Below the pieces are notes generated by a model. The model did not search any database. It saw nothing but the letters and a program-made list of their open reading frames with translations, and was not told where the DNA came from. Position numbers and translations under genes: made by a program. From assembly GCF_009914755.1 (NCBI RefSeq), contig NC_060928.1: a stretch of 64,000 nucleotides of DNA. The stretch is one strand, 5' to 3'. The stretch comes from the human T2T-CHM13v2.0 reference genome, Homo sapiens. Shown here piece after piece: positions 55,701 through 64,000 of this stretch. The stretch's first letter is position 1; every line of letters starts with the position of its first letter.

Positions 55701-56275
55701 CCGGTCATACCAGCCCCATGTGATGTGCAAGAATGCCCTGCAGAGATCAGGTCTGACTATTCCCCTAGGGCTAAAGTCTTTTTTGGGAGCAAATCTAGCC
55801 TAGAGGGATAGCCTGGATACATTCCACTACAAACACTCCTTCACCAAACCCTCTGGGCTCCACATCAGGTGGCTTGCTGCCTCACCACTTCTCTAAGCAG
55901 TTTTTTCTGCCACCTCAAGTGTTCATGAGTGGTTGAGGCGTCCCCTCCTGCATGATTCCAGAGGCCTGTGGCAGCAGCAGGTTACTCCTTGCCAGTTCAG
56001 TTCACCCATTCCCCTGGAGCTGTTGCAGCTCAAAAATGAGTCCCAGTGTATGGTAGCCCATGTGGGGTTCCCAGCTTTCTCCCCCTTCAGCCTAGCTTCT
56101 GTGTCTTCCCTCCATCCACTCTCAATGCCTTCCCTCTGAAGATTTATTAACAGCATACCAGTCATCTCACTCCCTCTATGGGAGCTGTTCCACTTGTTTC
56201 CATCTACTCGGCCATCTTGCCCTCCCCAACTACTTATGAAATTTGAGTGGAAATATTGTTCTTATAATATTGCTT

Positions 56276-57170
<895 letters not shown>

Positions 57171-57280
57171 ACTGTGGTCTCCAAGATATTTCAAGTCAAC
57201 TGCCCTAGGACTTCAGGAGTCTAGAGTATCTAATTATTTGTGTTGAACTGGAGACTCAACTATAGAAGCAAGAGGAGTGA

Positions 57281-57283
<3 letters not shown>

Positions 57284-57318
<35 letters not shown>
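57284..57318. repeat. (CA)n microsatellite
   Basis: Pure CA run. Confidence 0.95.
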
Positions 57319-57319
<1 letters not shown>

Positions 57320-57334
57320 ACTGAAACCTTAGAG

Positions 57335-57639
57335 CAGTGGTCCTCAACCCCCACTGGTCCATGGCCTGTTAGGAACTGGGCAACACACCAGGAGGTGAGT
57401 GGTGGGCAAGCAAGCATTACCACCTAAGCTCTGCCTCCTGTCAGATTAGCAGTGGCCTTAGATTATTTCAGGAGTGTGGACCCTATTGTGAATGGTGCAT
57501 GCGATGGATCTAGGTTGTGTGCTCCTTATGAGATGGAACAGCTTCATCCTGAAACTATCTCCCTCACACATAGACCATCCATGGAAAAACTGTCATCCAT
57601 GAAGCAGGTCCCAGGTGCCAAGAAGTTTGGGGACCTCTG
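57335..57639 (+). mobile_element. MER1B (hAT-Charlie MITE)
   Basis: Terminal inverted repeats CAGTGGTCCTCAACC / TTTGGGGACCTCTG; perfect 8-bp TSD CCTTAGAG at 57327-57334 and 57640-57647. Confidence 0.92.
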
Positions 57640-57870
57640 CCTTAGAGGGATGACTCAGTTATCTACTGGGATTAGTAGATATCATCTAAACAGCTTAGGA
57701 CTAGTCTGTTGACACCACTTACAAAACACAAGGGCAATACAACTCTGGAGAATTTACCTCAGAAAGCATTTGTGCTGACCCTGCATTTGCCACTCACTGG
57801 TAGGACTGGAGGTTCCACTGGGACACTTAAACCACACACGCCCTGAATAAGGTCATCCTTTGCAAGAATT

Positions 57871-57935
<65 letters not shown>
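57871..57935. repeat. (CT)n microsatellite
   Basis: Read directly; source of the RERERE ORFs. Confidence 0.95.
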
Positions 57936-57940
<5 letters not shown>

Positions 57941-60049
57941 CTCTTGGGGGCCCAGAAGTAGAGAAATGGCAGAAGTTTAAGTAGTAGAAATATATGAATG
58001 ATCTCACTTTTCCTATTTTCTTCCAATTTCATTGTCTCAGGCATTTGGAAATACTAGATTCTATTGTTTGTCAAAAGGTAGATGACATCAACTTGAAGGT
58101 GCTGCTTTCTCCTGACTTTCTACGGTGGCCCCAGTGTGAAGCAATACTTGATACTCCTACCCTGTCTCAACTCAGATATTCTGACTCACAGATATTATGC
58201 TGGCTGTCATTACTTTTGTGTGGGTACAAAATAAATAAACTTGAACTACCACAGGACCACGTGGGTGAAGAATGTGACTACTAGTTCTGAGTAATTGCTA
58301 AGGTGATCACCCAGGTATGAGACAGAAGGTATGATGCTTCTAGAAATAAATGTTTCCCAGAGAAAGGAGAGGCAGGGAATGAGAGTTGTACATATTAACA
58401 GTCTTTCATTTGGATCCTTCCAGGAAGACTGTCATCCAGATTGCTCTGGATTTGTTGTGCATGCTCATAGAGGCTGAGTTTTTCCATTAATACTTCATGA
58501 TGCTATATTTTCATTAGGTACTAAATAAGGCAAGGGAGAACTGTACTCATTTCAATACCTTTTAAAATGCAACCTTACTTTAAGATCCTACCAACCTCCT
58601 GGCACGTTCCATCAGGCCATACTGCCGTTTCCGTGAAACAAACCGGTGCCAAAAATAGACTTCAGATCTCCAGAGTTAGCATGCCATGTTGAACACATCT
58701 CTCATCATAGAGAATGGCAATAATTTTCTAGATTTTGGAGAAGGTTTGAGAGATTTTCTCAGACCTTCATCACACAGCCACTCCAAGTTATCTGGGCCCC
58801 ACTTCCAAGTTTTCATGACTACCCTCTGGCCATGATGTAAAAACAAACAAACAAAAAAACTTCCTGTGGAATAGTAGTGATAGTACTACATGGTATCAGA
58901 CATGGTATTATTCCATATTATTGAGAGAGTTTCAGGTATTATTGATGACCATTTTTTCCTAGGCAGCAACCAATTATTCCTGCTGTGTCTTCTTGAGGAA
59001 GTCAGCAACTAGCCTTGCATATCCAATGGGCTGAGATGATAGGTAATGCTGACAAAGTGGGCTGTGATGCACAGAGATCACCAGTTCAAAGGGTGACAGA
59101 CTATAAGGTAACCATTAATCCGTCCAAAACAACTCCCTTGCAAACTAGCCTTGGTGAAAGTGGTCTGGTCTCTTGCAGAAGAGAATAATTTGTGAACTCA
59201 AACTTTTTCTATAAAAATATGCAAAAAACAAGTATGGTAGGCTATCAAACCTGGTAGAATGCTGATGTGGCTCATCAGGACTGGAAGCTATTTGTCTATG
59301 TTGTTATCATACAGCTGCAACTGTAATACTTGGGCTGTAATCCCAGGGAACTCCAGGAAAGGAGCTAATGTTATCCCAGCAATGACTGCTGAAGTTGGGG
59401 AACAGGGATGGAAGTCAAGGTTTCTCCATATTCTACAGCTGTGAGCAAAAAGCTTCTAGCCTGTACCAAGCTTGGTCAGGCTAGGGTTTACCCTGTCTTA
59501 TTCATAATCATGCAGTTTATAAAACCTCACAGTCCAAGAAAGAGCCAATGTCTCTCTCTTAAATTCTGACACACAGCCCTGATAAATCCTGACAGATTCT
59601 AATTTTATTGTATTGCCCTCATAAAACAGGATCTTATAATCTATATCCTTGGTATTTTTTTGAGTGAAGTAGGGAAAATCATACCCCAGCTGCTCCTTCT
59701 GTTTTGAAAGTTTCCTCATGCTATTAGGGTCATTCACTCTTATTTGCTTAAGAAATATGCTGATTTCATTTATGATTTTTCATCTATTTTCAAATAACAA
59801 TGCTTCTTGTTTTTTTTTACACTGCCTTTGTCAAATGTCAATTTTAATGTCCTAATAGGTTATTAAAATCATTTGAATAGATGTCCCAATTTTTTCAAAG
59901 TCTAGAAAAATCTGCAGAAGAAAGAAACTATTCATGTTCGTATTTTTGCTCAAACCATCTAAAAACATTACTTAGGACTCATGACATTATGTTAAATTAT
60001 AATTTTAATTTATAAATTAATTATTATCTTTTTAAATTTTGGTAATTAA

Positions 60050-60945
60050 TTTCTTTCTAATAAAGCATTCATCTCTTTTCAAAATTAGCTCATATTTCTT
60101 CAAAATGTTTTGATATACTCTTTAAAAATCTCTTCTAAATGCAAATTTTGTCAGTTTTCCAATTTTAATCATTGTTTACTTATGATTTTTTGATGAGTCT
60201 ATCCAGATATGGGTCTATTTTATTTGTATTTCAAAATAATTAGCATTTAATTATATTGATCACTTCTTTCTTTCTTGTTTTATTAATATTTACTTTTACC
60301 CTTAGTTGTGCTTTCTGCCATATTTTTTAGTTTACTGAGTAATTTGAAAATTTTTCTAGCTTCTTTTGAATAGTTCATTTATTTTCATATAACTGGATTA
60401 ATGATTAATGCTTTCAAGGTTATAAATTTTCCCCTAAATATTACTTGAATTGCATCCTACATGTTTTTAGTAGGTAACACTTCTGTTGATTTTCAAGTCT
60501 ACACACTTGGTAATTTCAATTACGTTTTCTTTTTTAATTCAAGAGTTGGCCAGAAGTGATTAATTTTTACTTTTGCTGTCTTCTGGCTTTAATTTCTAAT
60601 TTTATTGCATGTGATCATAGAACAGAATCTTATTACCTGTATCTTTGGCAATTTTTTGTCTTTATCTGTAGTCTTATATTGAGTAAATTCAAATTTAATA
60701 ATTAATAGAGGCTAAAAAGGAATGTTTATTCAATTTGGGGGAGGTGTTCAGATTTTATACACGTATTCAAAGTTTGTGAATTACCTTGTTTATATATTTG
60801 CCAATACAGCTAATTTTTTTCTTTTGTCTGTCAAATTTAGAGTAAAACATGTTAAAAATGTTTCACTGTGATAAATAATTGGTTAATTTAGCATCAAAAG
60901 TTTTTGATGTTTGTTACATATTTACAATCATGTTGTTAAGATTTA
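60050..60945 (-). mobile_element. Old L1ME-like ORF2 fragment
   Basis: TTATAAATTTTCCCCTAAATATTACTTGAATTGCATCC and TTTCTAATTTTATTGCATGTGATCA, antisense EN-region pattern. Confidence 0.6.
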
Positions 60946-60947
60946 TT

Positions 60948-61085
60948 CAGTGAGCCTGGGAACTTTTCTAAAAACTACATATTCCTGGACCCTGAAACCT
61001 AGACTGACTGAAGAAGAGATTCAGAGTGTTGAGGTTACATGTCTGTATTTTCGTAAGTTTCTAAGTTAAGGAATTTAGGACCTAG
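60948..61085. mobile_element. MER5-like MITE remnant
   Basis: CCTGGGAACTTTTCTAAAAACTACATATTCCTGGACCC...CTAGACTGACTGAA. Confidence 0.5.
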
Positions 61086-61109
61086 TTATTGCAGTTTTTT
61101 AAAAACTTT

Positions 61110-62132
61110 CTGTCTAGATGGCCTCATTTATACCTATGATGCTAAAAATGATAATATTCACAGATACATATTCCAATTTAAATGTTTACTTTGTATTCCA
61201 GATATGCTACAATCTTGACATGTCACCTTGGATGTTTCACAAGAATTTCAGATTTAAAATGACCAAAATTGAACTCCTGATATTTATTATCCCTAATATT
61301 TACAATCTTCCACATGTCAGCAAAGAGAAATTATAGGTACCCAGTTGCTCAAAAGAGAATCCTTAGATTCCTGCTTCATTTTTCAGTTTCCTTTTCCTAC
61401 CTTTACCCACCTCAAGAATAAGTACCACTGTTTATTTCTCCAAAATTTGGGTCATATTTGTCCACTTGTCTTTATTCACAGTTCCATCACACTAGCCCAA
61501 ATCACAACCATTCTTTTTTTGGATTGTTGTGATCATTTCAGATTGTTCTCCAAAATTCTGAAAAATATTTATAAGGTAAATTTTTACATTTTTAGTTTTT
61601 TATATATAAATCTTCAATAAATTTCCATTACAATTTAAATAAAACCTAAACCTTTATCACCTAATTCCTACATGATCCGGCCCCTAATTATCTGTGTGTT
61701 GTCATGACGCTCTACTGTTACCTTGCTTTCTCTTCCTTCCTAAGATTCAACCATACAGGTCTCTTTATCCTTCTGTTTCTACTCTTGAAGCCAAGGGCTA
61801 GTACCTCCACTGGAATTTCTTTGTGCTTATCATAACCTTCATCTTTTGCAATTTCTAGTGCCCAAGCCCCATGTATCTACTTCATATTCAGTTTAATGCT
61901 GTTTCTTCATGCAAACCTTCCCTCTCCATCACTACTTCGGTTCTATTTAATGATACTATAGCACCCTGAAAATCTCCTTCATGAACGTTCTTGCACTTAT
62001 AATTTCAATACCTACAATGCAGAAGGGCAAGGAAGCTCGTTGTCTAATTCAATACTCTATTACCAATGTACAGCAGAGTGCCTGGCACAGAGTAGGAATA
62101 TAAATAAATAAGTGAATAAATAAATAAATAAA
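61110..62132 (+). mobile_element. L2 3' region
   Basis: CTTGACATGTCACCTTGGATGT, CCAAAATTGAACTCCTGAT and AGTGCCTGGCACAGAGTAGG followed by an AATAAATA tail. Confidence 0.8.
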
Positions 62133-62289
62133 GCAAGCAATAATTAGAGTTTTGTTTGATGGATTCTTTGAAACTTATAAGGAAAGAATACAGAGTTTTG
62201 AGGATAGTAGAAAAGTCCAATGTCACAGTAGGCAAAACTGTTGAACTTCTTATCAGTAACATAAAATGTACTTACCTACACTGTGAGTA

Positions 62290-62530
62290 TTTATGTGTGT
62301 ATATGATACAGTATTATATGCATGTATGTATATACATATACATATATACATACATGTTTCAAATATGTCAAAATATTCATCTTGTATAATATATAAATGT
62401 ACATACATACATCTATTGTGACCTATTGCATGTGTGTCTGTGTACAGAGACAGAACAGAAAGACAGAAGCAGATTATATACCTACATACGTGTATTACAT
62501 ACCTATATCCATGTATGCAGGTATGTAGAT
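62290..62530. repeat. TA/TG low-complexity repeat
   Basis: Read directly. Confidence 0.75.
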
Positions 62531-62559
62531 GAAAGAGAGGGAGGAGAAATTAGCAAAAG

Positions 62560-63270
62560 ACAAAATTATTTCCCTATATGGATTTTATAAATTTAAAACT
62601 ACCAAGAGATAAAATCACTATGTATATCTTTGATTTTCCCCTGAAACAAAAATTTACAAGTATAGTTATTAGACCAAAAGATGGCAACATGCTGATATGT
62701 ATTGACAAATTGTCTTTCTGTAAGTTTTAACATTATGCATCATGCATTAACAATATATGATTGGACCAGTAATGAATACTATGCATTTTAATTTTCACTT
62801 TGAAAGATCATTACTAAATGAGTATTTTAAAACATGCTACTCTACTCTTGCTTTAACTTTTATTTATTCGATGAATTGAAGGTTGAATATAGTTTAACAT
62901 TCATTGGAGATCCCTACTTCTTTTGAGATTTTCTTTCACCCTGTCTACTCTTTTCTACTTTTGTGTGTTTATTGTTTCTTAATATTTAAAAATTCTTCAT
63001 CTACTAAGGTTATTTATAAACTTTGTTTCCCATGTGTAGATATTTTCTTTTATATATAAAATCTATTAGTTCTTTACAATGTACTTCTTTATGTTAAAGG
63101 TTAGAATGAGCATCCCTAGTTCAAGAATAAATATTTATATTTTTTCTAATTCTTTTAGTATTCATTTATTTTGCAGTAATTTTCCTTTTACATCTAATTT
63201 TTTAATACTGAAAAACTATGAGAAATTCTATTAAAACTAAGAATTTCAATTTTAGTATGAGTTAGCCTAA
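62560..63270 (-). mobile_element. Old L1ME-like fragment
   Basis: T-rich degenerate antisense L1 3' ORF2 pattern. Confidence 0.45.
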
Positions 63271-64000
63271 AGAGTTATTATTTTCATTCAAAATATTTTA
63301 AGAAAATAATGATGTCTCAGGGAGATCTGTGCTCTTGAACCATACCAAGGAAAAATAAGGTGGCATTGAGGATATAGTCAGCTTAAAGATTCACCTTAAA
63401 GTTGATCATACTAAGCAGAGAATCTCTAGATGTGAAGGTGGATTTATTACACCCATATCTCTGAACAACTGCCTACATTCTTCTTCAGCTTATCTCTTTC
63501 GTTATTAAAATACATTTCTTAGCTTATCACTTGCTTTTAGATAGTAGGCAGTTGAACAAAATCAAAGAAACATTGAGTTATTTGTTTGTAAATGGAAAGG
63601 AGATGCACAGCTATTTTGAAATGTGATAAAAGTCACTTTAATATTCAAAGGCTAAAATGGATAATTCATAAATCCTCCAGATGTCTTTGGGTTAAGCTTT
63701 ATTTTAACTTTGTTCCTAGAGAATCTGGAGTTTAAAGATGCAATTTACAATTTCTAAAAATGTATATAATGCAGATAATTGTTATATTAATCTTCTAATA
63801 AAATTTTATAGTTAACTTTCCTCTCTCTCTCTTATGACCCCTTTATTTGCCAAATCTTCACAAGGCTATGAATTATTGTGACTGCCTTATCCAAAATAAT
63901 ACATTCAGTTTATCTGGTAAAAGCAGATGCTAAAGATAGATTCAGTAATTATCACATAAAATGGAGCTATACATATGTATGACTTTATCAGGTAATACCA

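Larger units (their letters stand above)
47758..56229 (-). mobile_element. Near full-length L1PA13-like LINE with nested THE1A and THE1C
   Basis: 3' UTR TGTACAGATTATTTCATCATCCAGGTAGTAAGCCTAGTACCC; ORF2 EN start MMTGSNPHISILTLN (53538-53729); ORF1 IIHENFPNL (54102-54287); 5' end CGGCCATCTTGCCCTCCCC; degenerate TSD CCACTTATGCAGTT (47744-47757) / CTACTTATGAAATT (56230-56243). Confidence 0.9.

Noticed and set aside
54960-56229. GC-rich region as a possible gene promoter or CpG island
   Set aside because: It is the CpG-decayed 5' UTR of the L1PA13-like element.
57759-58044. RE-repeat ORFs, and YI-repeat ORFs at 253, 9191, 12818 and 46908
   Set aside because: Translations of (CT)n and (TA)n microsatellites.

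Overview
AT-rich, CpG-depleted primate (human-like) non-coding DNA. Alu J/S/Y, L1PA, THE1/MST and MER11 elements mark it as anthropoid. Much of the window is recognisable transposable-element sequence, often nested with readable target-site duplications (TSDs). The main elements are a two-LTR MER34-group provirus (21.3-25.5 kb), an ERV1 LTR cluster (30.4-34.6 kb), a twin-primed inverted L1PA (36.7-39.3 kb), an L1MC carrying AluJ and MST/MER11 (42.5-47.7 kb), and a near full-length L1PA13-like element carrying THE1A and THE1C (47.8-56.2 kb). No intact protein-coding gene, RNA gene, CpG island or CRISPR array is supported. The supplied ORFs are L1 remnants, Alu/LTR read-throughs, microsatellite artefacts or chance. 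I found no convincing new biological system. The best speculative lead is a 65-nt exon-shaped segment at 14579-14643 that translates to a kelch-repeat-like peptide. Repeat subfamily names come from recalled consensus sequences and need RepeatMasker/Dfam confirmation. Boundaries of old elements are approximate.
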